A DNA stretch of 42,807 bases from an uncultured Spirochaetia bacterium (GTDB lineage: Bacteria > Spirochaetota > CALGPD01). Under the pieces are notes generated by a model. It did not search any database and had not been told where the DNA came from. It saw nothing but the letters and a program-made list of their open reading frames with translations. Positions 8,781 to 18,441 of this stretch are shown in pieces. Made by a program: the position numbers and the translations under genes. Location: NCBI GenBank assembly GCA_964449345.1, contig CAYUYT010000002.1, positions 1 to 42,807 of the forward strand, read 5' to 3'. Positions within the stretch are counted from its first letter, which is position 1. Every line of letters begins with the position of its first letter.

Positions 8781-11630
8781 TTATAGTTTCATTTTTAAAA
8801 CAAACTTATCTTTTTTAAGTTCCAATTTACCGGGGAAAATTACAAAAGCAATTATATAAATTATTATTGAAATCACCCAAACGCCTTTGAATCCCATTCC
8901 TATTGATAATATCGTTGCAAGAGGCGTTGAAGCAACACTCGTTGCGGCGTTAATACCCCATGCCCAAGGAAGGAAATCTTCCCGTTTGTCCCCGACTTCA
9001 CGCAAGCCAAGTGGAAAAGGCATTCCTAAGAAAAACGCTATGGGAGCTATAAAAATTATTGATATTAATAATTTTACTATCATGGGTAAAAACATTAAGT
9101 TTCTAATAATAGGGTCTAATACAAAAATGTATAAAACAACCATTACCCCGATAACGCTAACAGCAAGCATGAGAACTTTAGTCCTGCTTCCTAATCTTTC
9201 GGTTAATTTACTGCTGAAATAACTGCCTATACCGGAAAAAGCAAGTATGCTTGCTAAAACCAAAGACGTGGAATAAATCGGGTTAGTTAGAAACAAGGTT
9301 AATTTTTGTATCAATATTATTTCAACAAATAAGAACCCGAAACCGAGACAAACGAAATATCCGATTAAAACGAGTTTTCCACCGTACCATTGTTTACGTT
9401 GTTTAGGATAAAAAAGCGTTTTTAAAAGCGGGATACATATAATCAAAACGCCAAAGAAAATTGCAAGAGCAAAATTAAGCCATAACACAAGGTAATTCGA
9501 TTCTTCATATGGCACTTTTGAAAATTCGCCTGTAAATAAAACGTTTAAAGTTTTGCTCATACGAAGGCGGTATGAAAAATAAGGATTGTTGTCAGTAACA
9601 TAATCTATTTTAAAAGGATAATTCTCAATAAACTCATTATAAGTATTTTTTACAAACTTTGCAATTGTTATCTTATAAAGAGAGTACCTTAAAATATTAT
9701 TTTCATCTTGCTCCCTTTTTTCATTTACATCTTTTGCCGTTGGCATTTGTCCCGGAGGACCTACGTTTGTTTCAGCAACGTTAAAATTATCGCCCTGTTC
9801 CTGATTAAAAATCTCACGGTTGCCGTCAGGATTGATTCCGTAATAATAACTTGCGTCAAAACTATTGTTCTCGCAATATTTAATAAGGCGTTTAATTTCT
9901 TCTGAAGTAAACTCTCCTTTTTTAACGAGAAACGTTGCCGTTGTCATGGTACGGAAAATGAAAAAGCGTTTGTTTAAATTTTTTTCATTCTCAATCGCTT
10001 TTACTGTGGTTGTAAATAACCTTAAAGCATCGCGTAAGTTTTCCTTTGCATTAACAGTCATTGAAAGGATACCGTCTTTTTTAAGAACCGAGTATGCGTC
10101 TTTTATAGAATGCGTTGTGTATAAGTAATTTTCATGGCTAGGAAGGTTGCCCGATGTAGACATTCCTCCGCCTAAAGACAGGCTCATTTCAACGATGTCG
10201 TATTTTCTTCCGCTTCGCCTTAAAAACCCACGGACATCGGATTGATGTGCTTTTATTCCGCCTTTACTTAAAATGCCTCCGCTAAAACGTGAAAACTTAT
10301 TTTTTAAAAGCTCAATTAACTGGCCGTTTAATTCAACAGCGTCAATGTATTCGGGAGTAAGATTTTCGTATTTTCTCACCGTAATTTGATAGGCTTTATT
10401 TAAGTAAGGTTTCAATTTTCCCATTCGGTTAATTTCATCTTTTATTAACTTATCCCATTCCGCATTAACGTCTCTTTCAATTAAAGGTTTATTAGTTTTT
10501 AGAATATGTTTTTTGAATAATTCATCGTTAAGGTGTTTATATTTTTTTCTAAGTTCGGTAATTTTTTCCTTTATTGTTTCTTCTATCCAAATTTGTTTTA
10601 ATGTTTCACGAAATTTTATTGAACGGATAGCATGATACGCGGTTGATAAAGACCTGGCGCCACCCATGCCAAGAATTAGAACGCCCGGCTTTTCTTTTAT
10701 TAAATAAGGCGCTACTTGAGGAAGGTATTTTACTGCCTCAATCGTAAAACCGTTAAGTCTTGCCATAATGCTTGAAGACTGATTACCGTCCATATAAACA
10801 CCGAGAAAATCAGGCATTTGTCCTATCATCTGATAAGACATCCCGGATAAACCCGGAGCGCTTCTTTCTTTTGTGCTTTTCACGATTTGCAAAAGCCCCA
10901 TAGGAGAATAACGCGTTGCTAATATGTCAGAGTCAATACTTGACATTGTGTGCCTTATATCTTTTTGCGGGGCATATTCTATTTTTGCATTGAAAGACAT
11001 TGTTACTATTGATGCCGCAAAAACAAAAGCACTAATTCCCATTTTAATATATATTGCTTTTTTCTTTTCCCTATAATCAACGGATAAAATGTGCCCTGTG
11101 AAAAAGAACATGATAATGGGCAAAACGAGATATGACGGGGGTATAATAAACATTAATACCAATACTGAAAGCGTTCCCGTAGCTGCTCCGATTAAATCGA
11201 AAAAGTAAATTTTTGAGATCTGTTTTTTATGCGCTATAAAAGCAAGTCCGATATACATCCCTCCGAAAAAGAATGGAAAAAATAAAATTATAAAATAAAG
11301 CGCAAGGTTAGTTAACTGCGCAAAAGTATAACTCGGATTGATAATTTGTAATGCGTTAAAGGGCACTTTCTTCATTAAAATGTACGCAATCACGGTTAAT
11401 GGCACGGCTGATAATGAAACTATATACATCCATAAACTAATGCGTTTTTCAAACCATTTCTTAGCTAGGGTTAACAAAGTACCCGAAACTCCGAAACCGA
11501 ATAATGCGATACTGATTACCATATAGCCGTAATTTGACCAAAGCGCTATACTAAAATAACGTATTACAGCAACTTCAAGCGCTAAGTTTGACATAGCGAT
11601 AAAAAATATTCCACCAAAGTATTTCTTCAC
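8781..11630 (-). CDS. Polytopic membrane protein with a spermidine-synthase-like class I SAM-binding domain
   Basis: ~7 TM, then VLILGMGG…IDAVELN…DVRGFLR…YDIV…ENYLYT…TDNNPYF, then ~7 TM with GFGFLFVEI, GMPFPLG and PWAWGIN. Confidence 0.85.
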   Translation of the reverse strand: MKKYFGGIFFIAMSNLALEVAVIRYFSIALWSNYGYMVISIALFGFGVSGTLLTLAKKWFEKRISLWMYIVSLSAVPLTVIAYILMKKVPFNALQIINPSYTFAQLTNLALYFIILFFPFFFGGMYIGLAFIAHKKQISKIYFFDLIGAATGTLSVLVLMFIIPPSYLVLPIIMFFFTGHILSVDYREKKKAIYIKMGISAFVFAASIVTMSFNAKIEYAPQKDIRHTMSSIDSDILATRYSPMGLLQIVKSTKERSAPGLSGMSYQMIGQMPDFLGVYMDGNQSSSIMARLNGFTIEAVKYLPQVAPYLIKEKPGVLILGMGGARSLSTAYHAIRSIKFRETLKQIWIEETIKEKITELRKKYKHLNDELFKKHILKTNKPLIERDVNAEWDKLIKDEINRMGKLKPYLNKAYQITVRKYENLTPEYIDAVELNGQLIELLKNKFSRFSGGILSKGGIKAHQSDVRGFLRRSGRKYDIVEMSLSLGGGMSTSGNLPSHENYLYTTHSIKDAYSVLKKDGILSMTVNAKENLRDALRLFTTTVKAIENEKNLNKRFFIFRTMTTATFLVKKGEFTSEEIKRLIKYCENNSFDASYYYGINPDGNREIFNQEQGDNFNVAETNVGPPGQMPTAKDVNEKREQDENNILRYSLYKITIAKFVKNTYNEFIENYPFKIDYVTDNNPYFSYRLRMSKTLNVLFTGEFSKVPYEESNYLVLWLNFALAIFFGVLIICIPLLKTLFYPKQRKQWYGGKLVLIGYFVCLGFGFLFVEIILIQKLTLFLTNPIYSTSLVLASILAFSGIGSYFSSKLTERLGSRTKVLMLAVSVIGVMVVLYIFVLDPIIRNLMFLPMIVKLLISIIFIAPIAFFLGMPFPLGLREVGDKREDFLPWAWGINAATSVASTPLATILSIGMGFKGVWVISIIIYIIAFVIFPGKLELKKDKFVLKMKL

Positions 11631-11660
11631 TTTAATATCCCTGAATTAATTATTATTTAT

Positions 11661-11702
11661 AAAAAATGTGCTTTCCAACAAAGGTTAAAAAGCACATTTT
11701 CT
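11661..11702 (-). terminator. Hairpin between pcm and the membrane methyltransferase gene
   Basis: AAAATGTGCTTT…AAAGCACATTTT inverted repeat. Confidence 0.45.
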
Positions 11703-11755
11703 TTAAGTTTATAATATACTAAAAAAAATTTAATTTACAAGTCTATCCGCATTTA

Positions 11756-12505
11756 TCATTTGCGGCGGGAACGTTTGTATTTTTGCAGAGCTTTACCCGT
11801 CATTGGAACAAAGTGGTCTGCAAAATATGCCCGGGTCTTGATTCTCCCTTGTTTATCTTTCTTTAGAACAATCATGCGTTGTTTTCCGTAAGGGTTGCCT
11901 ACGGGAATTATCATGGTTCCTCCGCGCGCAAGTTGACGGACTAATGCAGGCGGGATGTGGTTTGTTCCGCAAGTAACGAGTATTTTATCAAACGGAGCGT
12001 GTTCTTTCCAGCCGAAATAACCGTCTGCAACTTTAGTCGTTATTTTATCGGAAAAACCGTGCTTAGCGTGAACGCGTTTTGCATCTAGGCCTAAGGGCTT
12101 TACTATTTCAATTGTATAAACCTTGCTGCCGAAGTTAGCCAAAATCGCGCTTTGAAAACCCGAACCCGTGCCGATTTCAAGTATTTTATCGTTTGGTTGA
12201 GGGTTTGACATATAAGTCATCCACGCCACCATTCTAGTACCTGAAATGGTTTGCCCGTAGCCGATTGACAGCGGACTCGGGCTATATGCTGCTCTTTTTG
12301 AGGGCCATCTTCCCGTTTCCCTGTTTTGAACAAACAATTCGCGTTTAACTTTCCAGAATGCGTTTGTTATCCTATCCGGTATATTCCATTTTTTCATGTG
12401 ACGGACTATTCGCCCTATTGCCTTTTTCCTATCCTGTTCGGAAAAAGAAAACCCGATTGCCGAGATTAGAATTATTGTACTAAAAATAATTATTTTCCGT
12501 TTCAT
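11756..12505 (-). CDS. pcm: Protein-L-isoaspartate O-methyltransferase with N-terminal signal peptide (paralog A)
   Basis: IGYGQTIS, ILEIGTGSGFQ, APFDKILVT, QLARGG..IPVG and FVPMTG motifs; MKRKIIIFSTIILISAIGFS leader. Confidence 0.9.
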   Translation of the reverse strand: MKRKIIIFSTIILISAIGFSFSEQDRKKAIGRIVRHMKKWNIPDRITNAFWKVKRELFVQNRETGRWPSKRAAYSPSPLSIGYGQTISGTRMVAWMTYMSNPQPNDKILEIGTGSGFQSAILANFGSKVYTIEIVKPLGLDAKRVHAKHGFSDKITTKVADGYFGWKEHAPFDKILVTCGTNHIPPALVRQLARGGTMIIPVGNPYGKQRMIVLKKDKQGRIKTRAYFADHFVPMTGKALQKYKRSRRK

Positions 12506-12522
12506 TAATTACCTCTCCTATT

Positions 12523-13356
12523 TTAATTGTTACGGTTTTGCTTGAATTTGTTTAAGGCTTTGCCTGTCATTGGCACAAACCTTACATGCATAAGTTTTTT
12601 CGTTTTAACTCTGCCGTTTTCATCCTTTCGCAACTCAATTAACTTTTGAATTCCGTATGGATGACCCACAGGCACGAGCATAATACCCCCGCGTTTTAAC
12701 TGCCTAATTAACGCCGGTGGAATGTGATTAGTTGCACAAGTAACGAGTATTTTGTCAAAAGGCGCGTGTTCTTTCCAGCCGAAATAACCGTCTGCGATTT
12801 TCGTTTTAATATTTGAATACCCGAATTTTTTATAAATTTGCTTTGTACTTTCACCGAGTTTTTCAACAATCTCGATAGAATAAACTTTACTGCAAAGTTT
12901 TGACAATAGCGCGCTTTGATAACCCGAACCCGTGCCGATTTCAAGTACTTTGTCGTTTTTGTCAGGCAAAGCAAGTTTAGTCATAATCGCGACCATGTTC
13001 GGGCTTGAAATAGTTTGGCCGTACCCGATTGGCAGCGGTGTTTCTTCATACGCCATTCTAACATTTGTGAATGCCCTTTTCATGTTCGTCCTGTGCCAGC
13101 CGAACCGCTCGCGTTTTACGCTCTTTAGCGCGGCTTTTACACGTGGCTGTAAGTTAAAACGCCTCATGCGGATAAACATTAGCTTTTTAGCGCCTTTTAA
13201 ATATCCGCTTTGGGATTTAATGTAAGAATCAATTTTTGTGATTTTTGCGTTGGTTCTGCGGATAAAAAGCGTTTTTGCGTGATTATTCATTTTCGCGGAA
13301 AAAGCAATTATTGCGGTTACGCATAATAACGTTAAGATTAAAAGGATTTTTTTCAT
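12523..13356 (-). CDS. pcm: Protein-L-isoaspartate O-methyltransferase with N-terminal signal peptide (paralog B)
   Basis: AYEETPLPIGYGQTIS, VLEIGTGSGYQ, APFDKI and VRFVPMTG motifs; GGAG RBS before ATG 13356; MKKILLILTLLCVTAIIAFSA leader. Confidence 0.9.
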   Translation of the reverse strand: MKKILLILTLLCVTAIIAFSAKMNNHAKTLFIRRTNAKITKIDSYIKSQSGYLKGAKKLMFIRMRRFNLQPRVKAALKSVKRERFGWHRTNMKRAFTNVRMAYEETPLPIGYGQTISSPNMVAIMTKLALPDKNDKVLEIGTGSGYQSALLSKLCSKVYSIEIVEKLGESTKQIYKKFGYSNIKTKIADGYFGWKEHAPFDKILVTCATNHIPPALIRQLKRGGIMLVPVGHPYGIQKLIELRKDENGRVKTKKLMHVRFVPMTGKALNKFKQNRNN

Positions 13357-13649
13357 TCTTAGCTCCATTAAACCCTGCTTAGCCAAATATAAAAAAAATA
13401 ACTAAAAAAAAACAGAGTTTTTTATATAATTTTGAAGATAAGTTAGATAATTATACCATTATTCTTTAAACAACAAAAATTTTCCTTTAAAACAAAATAG
13501 GAAAAACCAACCGCAAAATTATTGATATTAACATTAATAGTGTCATTGATGGGAAAACTATTAATTTAAATTTTTTTTCTATTTATTAAAATCTTGACAA
13601 GTTTTTTATTATGAATAGATTTATATTAATAATTGAATACGGGGATAAT

Positions 13650-14630
13650 TTGACTTACTTAAACATTGCCTTTTTTATAGTCAGTTTCGCTTTGCTTTAT
13701 TTCGGAGCAGATTTTCTCGTCAAAGGTTCAGTAAGTATTGCAGAAAAATTAAACGTTTCGCGTATTGTCATTGGTTTAACCGTTGTAGCCCTAGGCACTT
13801 CTATGCCTGAGTTTGTAATATCTTTTTTTGCCCGACTTCGCGGTGTTTTAAACCCTAGTTTACAAAATACAAGTGATATTTCGATAGGTAACGTTGTGGG
13901 GTCAAATATTATTAACATTGCACTTGTTTTAGGTTTAAGCGCAATGATACGTCCGATGGCATCTGACAGCACTTTAAATAAACGCGATATGCCGTTTTTA
14001 ATCGGGATAACGCTTTTATTCGCAATTGCTACTTTAGACGGCAAATTTAGCCGACTTGATGGAATTATCATAATAATTATTTTTTCCGTTTATATGTTTT
14101 ACGTTATCCGTATAGCGAAAAAAGACAAAAAAAGCGCTAAAATTGCATTTGAAGAATTACCCGATACAAAGCAAATGAAAACCGGCATTGCAATTTTAAT
14201 CGCGCTTTTAGGATTAGGGCTTTTAGTCGGCGGGGCACAATTGCTGGTTCATTCCGGCACTTTTCTTGCCCGTAAAATGGGTGTTAGTGAAATGATAATC
14301 AGCATAACGATGATTGCCCTTGGAACGTCATTGCCCGAACTTTTTACAAGCGTTGTTGCAGCAGTTAAGGGAGAGTCAGGTATTTCTATGGGAAATATCA
14401 TGGGTTCAAATATTTTCAACCTTTGCTTTGTAATCGGATTAACTTCAATTGTAGGACCTTTAGACGTAAATGCCCGCGTTATTAAATTTGATAACTGGGT
14501 TATGCTAGGAATTGCTATATTACTTTTACCCTTTCTTATTAGCAGTAAAAAATTAATCCGTTTTGAAGGCGCTATTTTATTTTCCGTTTACGTTTTATAT
14601 ACAGCGAATATGTTTTTAAAAATTATTTGA
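13650..14630 (+). CDS. yrbG: Ca2+/Na+ antiporter (YrbG family)
   Basis: Two alpha repeats, GTSMPE…GSNIIN and GTSLPE…GSNIFN; TTG start after GGGGA; TTGACA at 13594. Confidence 0.9.
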   Translation: MTYLNIAFFIVSFALLYFGADFLVKGSVSIAEKLNVSRIVIGLTVVALGTSMPEFVISFFARLRGVLNPSLQNTSDISIGNVVGSNIINIALVLGLSAMIRPMASDSTLNKRDMPFLIGITLLFAIATLDGKFSRLDGIIIIIIFSVYMFYVIRIAKKDKKSAKIAFEELPDTKQMKTGIAILIALLGLGLLVGGAQLLVHSGTFLARKMGVSEMIISITMIALGTSLPELFTSVVAAVKGESGISMGNIMGSNIFNLCFVIGLTSIVGPLDVNARVIKFDNWVMLGIAILLLPFLISSKKLIRFEGAILFSVYVLYTANMFLKII

Positions 14631-15279
14631 GGTTTGCTTTTCAAGCCTCAAAACTATTTAAAAATAAATTACTAACGCGTTATTTTTTAACGGATTTACT
14701 TTCGTTTAAACTTATATGAATTCGAATTAATAATCGGCAAAAATATTATACTTAGGAACGCATTATTGCTTTCCAACAAGGTTTTATATTTTTTATTCTA
14801 TTAAATGATTACACGGGTATTGCACCCCTTGATTGAATTTTGATATTACATCCGTATCCTGTGGTGAATTCCACCCTATACAAATTTCAGTATTATTTAA
14901 AATTTTATAAAGTTTTACAATTTAAATTCCTGGCACATAGATTAAAAAAAGAAAAACGAGACAGAATATATACTGGATGAGACAACGGCGGTTTTTTCTA
15001 TAAATTAAATTGCGGCAATGACATTGTATTAAACGGGTTTAAATCAAATGAATTTCTTAATTAACTGTGCTAAGTTCATATCTTCCCTGTGCTATTGAAA
15101 AATTTCTCTAAATTATTACAGTGATGAAGCAAAATATAATTTTAAAAAAATAAAAGACTTGAAAAATATTCCTTAACTTTAATCTAATTATATATTATTT
15201 TTTTGCACAAAAGAATTTGGCTTTTTATGCACGAAAAACTAAATTAATCGTGCTTATGCATATTAACGGAGGTCAGGTT

Positions 15280-15441
15280 ATGTATAAAATTTCAAGCGAT
15301 TGTGTAGAATGCGGCGCATGTATTTCAGAGTGCCCTGTTGATGCTATTAAAGAAGGTTCTCCATATACAATTACCGATGCTTGCATTGATTGCGGAAATT
15401 GTGCAGAAGTATGTCCTGTAGAAGCAATTTCCCCCGAATAA
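15280..15441 (+). CDS. 2[4Fe-4S] ferredoxin
   Basis: CVECGACISECP and CIDCGNCAEVCP; GGAGG RBS. Confidence 0.93.
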   Translation: MYKISSDCVECGACISECPVDAIKEGSPYTITDACIDCGNCAEVCPVEAISPE

Positions 15442-15468
15442 CAAAAAATCAAATAAAACATAGATTTT

Positions 15469-15508
15469 GAGAAAAAGCTCCTGTAACTTACATGGGCTTT
15501 TTCTTTTT
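15469..15508 (+). terminator. Intrinsic terminator after ferredoxin
   Basis: GAAAAAGCTC…GGGCTTTTTC plus T run. Confidence 0.55.
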
Positions 15509-15910
15509 ACAATAAACATTTTTCGTGCAGGAACGCTTTAACCTTAATTTTTTTTGTTGAAACATATTTCAGCTTTTTAACGATAATATTATTTCTCTTT
15601 AAACTATAAAATCTATCTTGAAAAAATGATCAAGATAAATACAGGTAAGGAAAGCATATCTGCGTTGTTTACGAAAAATATTTTTACTAAGAATCAAAGG
15701 ACAGCCACATTATTTATAACGTAAATTCCGATATATTAACAGCATTTATTAAACACACTACCGCAATGACTCAATTCAAAATTTTTATTTTTTAAAAATC
15801 ATTTGTATTAATAATTATAAATAAAGGCCATAAAAAGTCTCAACAGTATGCGCGTTTTATATACTTATAATTATTCTTCAAATTGAATTGTTCTGCACAA
15901 ATAAATTAAA

Positions 15911-16624
15911 TTAATTTATGCTTCCTTTTGAGATTATCCTATCCATTATTATTGTGGAAATAATATCTTGGATGGTTTTAAAAGCGTTGTCGCTAATTTC
16001 GTTAAATTCCACTCCCATAACAATTCCGTCCGGTGAATCGTTTCCGCTATAAACGGTTTTTACTTTGTTAAGCGTGATTTTTACATCATCAAAAGATATT
16101 TCAAGATTGTCTTCATTAAAGTTTCGGGTAAAATCTTGAAGCTTTATTTTCATCCCCCCGATACTTAAATTTTCCAGATTGGCAGTATATTCTTCGCTTG
16201 TTGAATTATTTTTTACGTAAAGCGTTTTCCCCATATTAACGCGTGGAAATTGGCGACGTTCTTTCTGTTCTTTTGGTATGATTGTTTCGATAATTTGTAA
16301 AATTGCTTCAATATCGCCGTGCTTGGGCATATATAACGTATTTTTAATAATTTCAGCTTCTTTTTTTAACTCGGTATCATCGGATAAAATAATAAAAGGC
16401 GTTGTATAATGGTTTTTTCTTATGGTTTTTAAAAAACCTAATCCGTCAGTTTTGGGCGGTGTATCATTATAAATTATGAGTTTAACATTATCCATGCTTT
16501 CGAGTTTATGTAAAGCATCACTATTCGAAGGAGAATAAGTAAGGTAATAATTATTTTCAAGGTAAATTCTTAGTATATCAGATAAATCCGGTTCATTTTC
16601 TATAAAAAGAATTCTATTTTTCAT
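15911..16624 (-). CDS. Receiver-like domain plus PilZ (c-di-GMP binding) domain protein
   Basis: N-terminal REC-like fold; ERRQFPR and NLSIGG PilZ motifs. Confidence 0.8.
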   Translation of the reverse strand: MKNRILFIENEPDLSDILRIYLENNYYLTYSPSNSDALHKLESMDNVKLIIYNDTPPKTDGLGFLKTIRKNHYTTPFIILSDDTELKKEAEIIKNTLYMPKHGDIEAILQIIETIIPKEQKERRQFPRVNMGKTLYVKNNSTSEEYTANLENLSIGGMKIKLQDFTRNFNEDNLEISFDDVKITLNKVKTVYSGNDSPDGIVMGVEFNEISDNAFKTIQDIISTIIMDRIISKGSIN

Positions 16625-16701
16625 ATAACTATTTTACTTAATAAAGCGTTTATGTCAATAAAAAAGAATTTAAATTTAAAATTTGGTGTAAGTAAAGATT
16701 A

Positions 16702-17892
16702 CTAAACAGTAATAACTCCTGTTTCAATTCCACTTAACGGTTCACAACCTCCTCCTGTTATCAAAAAAGTATCCTCAAGGCCTATTGCGCCCTCACCGCT
16801 AAAAAACATTTTCGGTTCAAAAGCAATAGTCATGTTTTCTTGAATTTCCATGTCAAAACCTTTGGATATTACGGGGAATTCGTCAATCTCAAGCCCTATG
16901 CCGTGGCCTATAAAACTAACGCGTTCATTTGCTAATCCCATAAAATTATCTTTCAATTCAAGTTTTTCCACAAAATCAAGAATTTCCGTATAAATTCCTG
17001 AACACATTGCCCCGGGTTTTAAAATCTCAATAATTTTGTTATAAACTTTTTCAAGCGCAGAATACTGTTTCATTAAAAAACTGCTAAGCTTGCCGATTAC
17101 AAACGTGCGAGTTGTATCTGCATGATAACCGTAGTAATTGCTTACATAATCAATGGCAACGGGCTCATTTTTATTAATTTTTTTATCCGAGGGTCCCGAG
17201 CTAAATGCCGGTCCTGCTCCCCGGCCTCCGAAAGGCGTTGCAAACGATGCGGGAATAAGACCGGTCTCACCGCTTAAAACGTGGCCGAAAAACAATTCGT
17301 GGTTAAAATTTCGCATTCTCGTTGGGCCTAAGTGAGAATTTTGTCTGAACAAATACTCCATTTCAATAGCAACGTCTATTTCACGCATACCCGGTTTCAT
17401 TATATTTTTAATATTAGTAAATACTGTATCCGCGATTTGCGCGCTTTTTTTCATTAATGCTATTTCGTAAGGGCTTTTAATCATTCTCGCGCTTTTAATT
17501 ATTTGTGAAGCATCAACAGAGGTTATACTTTTTTCCTGATTAAAGTTTTTTAATATTTTGTTATAAAGAGCAACGGGCAGAACGTCAAATTCAAAACCAA
17601 TTGTTTCCGGAATATTACCCGTGATTTCTTTTATTAATCCGGGTAATTGCTTTGTTGATTTTGCCTGTATCAACTCAAGTGGACAATCTTGCTTGACCTT
17701 TTCCAAAGCGGATTTATAAAAGGTTAAAATCTTGCCCTGTGCAGGAATATACGCGGCTGTTACCTGCATTGAGTTTGTATAATATAAAAGATCAATATCT
17801 TGCATAACAATAATTGCATGTATGTTAGCTTCTTGCAATAATTTTTGTGTATTAGCAACGCGTAGGTTCAATTCATCGAAAATTTCAGTCAT
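16702..17892 (-). CDS. Xaa-Pro peptidase family (M24B)
   Basis: RMIKSPYEI, GYHADTTRT, GHGIGLEIDE, FEPK and GLEDT motifs. Confidence 0.9.
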   Translation of the reverse strand: MTEIFDELNLRVANTQKLLQEANIHAIIVMQDIDLLYYTNSMQVTAAYIPAQGKILTFYKSALEKVKQDCPLELIQAKSTKQLPGLIKEITGNIPETIGFEFDVLPVALYNKILKNFNQEKSITSVDASQIIKSARMIKSPYEIALMKKSAQIADTVFTNIKNIMKPGMREIDVAIEMEYLFRQNSHLGPTRMRNFNHELFFGHVLSGETGLIPASFATPFGGRGAGPAFSSGPSDKKINKNEPVAIDYVSNYYGYHADTTRTFVIGKLSSFLMKQYSALEKVYNKIIEILKPGAMCSGIYTEILDFVEKLELKDNFMGLANERVSFIGHGIGLEIDEFPVISKGFDMEIQENMTIAFEPKMFFSGEGAIGLEDTFLITGGGCEPLSGIETGVITV

Positions 17893-17901
17893 TTTATGTT
17901 C

Positions 17902-18165
17902 CTATTCTTTTGCGGCAGGGCATACTTTGTTTTCACAAGCCGGCGCAGAATTGCAAACCGGAGCAGTTTTTTGTTCTTCTTTTCTTTTATAATCCGTTGT
18001 ATAAAAACCGCTGCCTTTTAAAATAAAACCCGTGCCTCCTGAAATAAGCTTGGACACTGAATTACTGCCGCAGGAATTACACGTTATTTGAGGTTTTTCG
18101 TTCATACCATGTGAAATTTCTAAAACGTTTTGGCAATTAGAACATTTATAGCTGTAATTGGGCAT
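17902..18165 (-). CDS. FmdB-family zinc ribbon protein
   Basis: MPNYSYKCSNC…CNSCG…GFILKGSGFYTTDY. Confidence 0.9.
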   Translation of the reverse strand: MPNYSYKCSNCQNVLEISHGMNEKPQITCNSCGSNSVSKLISGGTGFILKGSGFYTTDYKRKEEQKTAPVCNSAPACENKVCPAAKE

Positions 18166-18441
18166 ATTTTTCTCCTAAAGTAAAAACATAAACTTAAATT
18201 TATTCAACCCCTTGCTTTCAGTCAAGACAATTTTCGTAGAAGTAATAACAAACCGGGGTATGCACTTAAATCAAAACCAAAAAATGTTTTATTAAAATTA
18301 TCAGCGTTATTTTTTTATCAAAATTCCATACGAAAAAACTCAACGATTTAATGGAGGGTACAATTTCGCGAAACATAGGATAACAGCATTTAAAGTTTTC
18401 GCTACGCTATAGAATGTTAGCTTTGAATTTTTAGAAAGTAG

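Noticed and set aside
10360-10625. Intein in the membrane methyltransferase
   Set aside because: No Cys/Ser start, His-Asn end or HINT motifs.
14631-15279. Long intergenic region as an ncRNA or small gene
   Set aside because: Only short weak hairpins; no RNA family or credible ORF recognised by eye.
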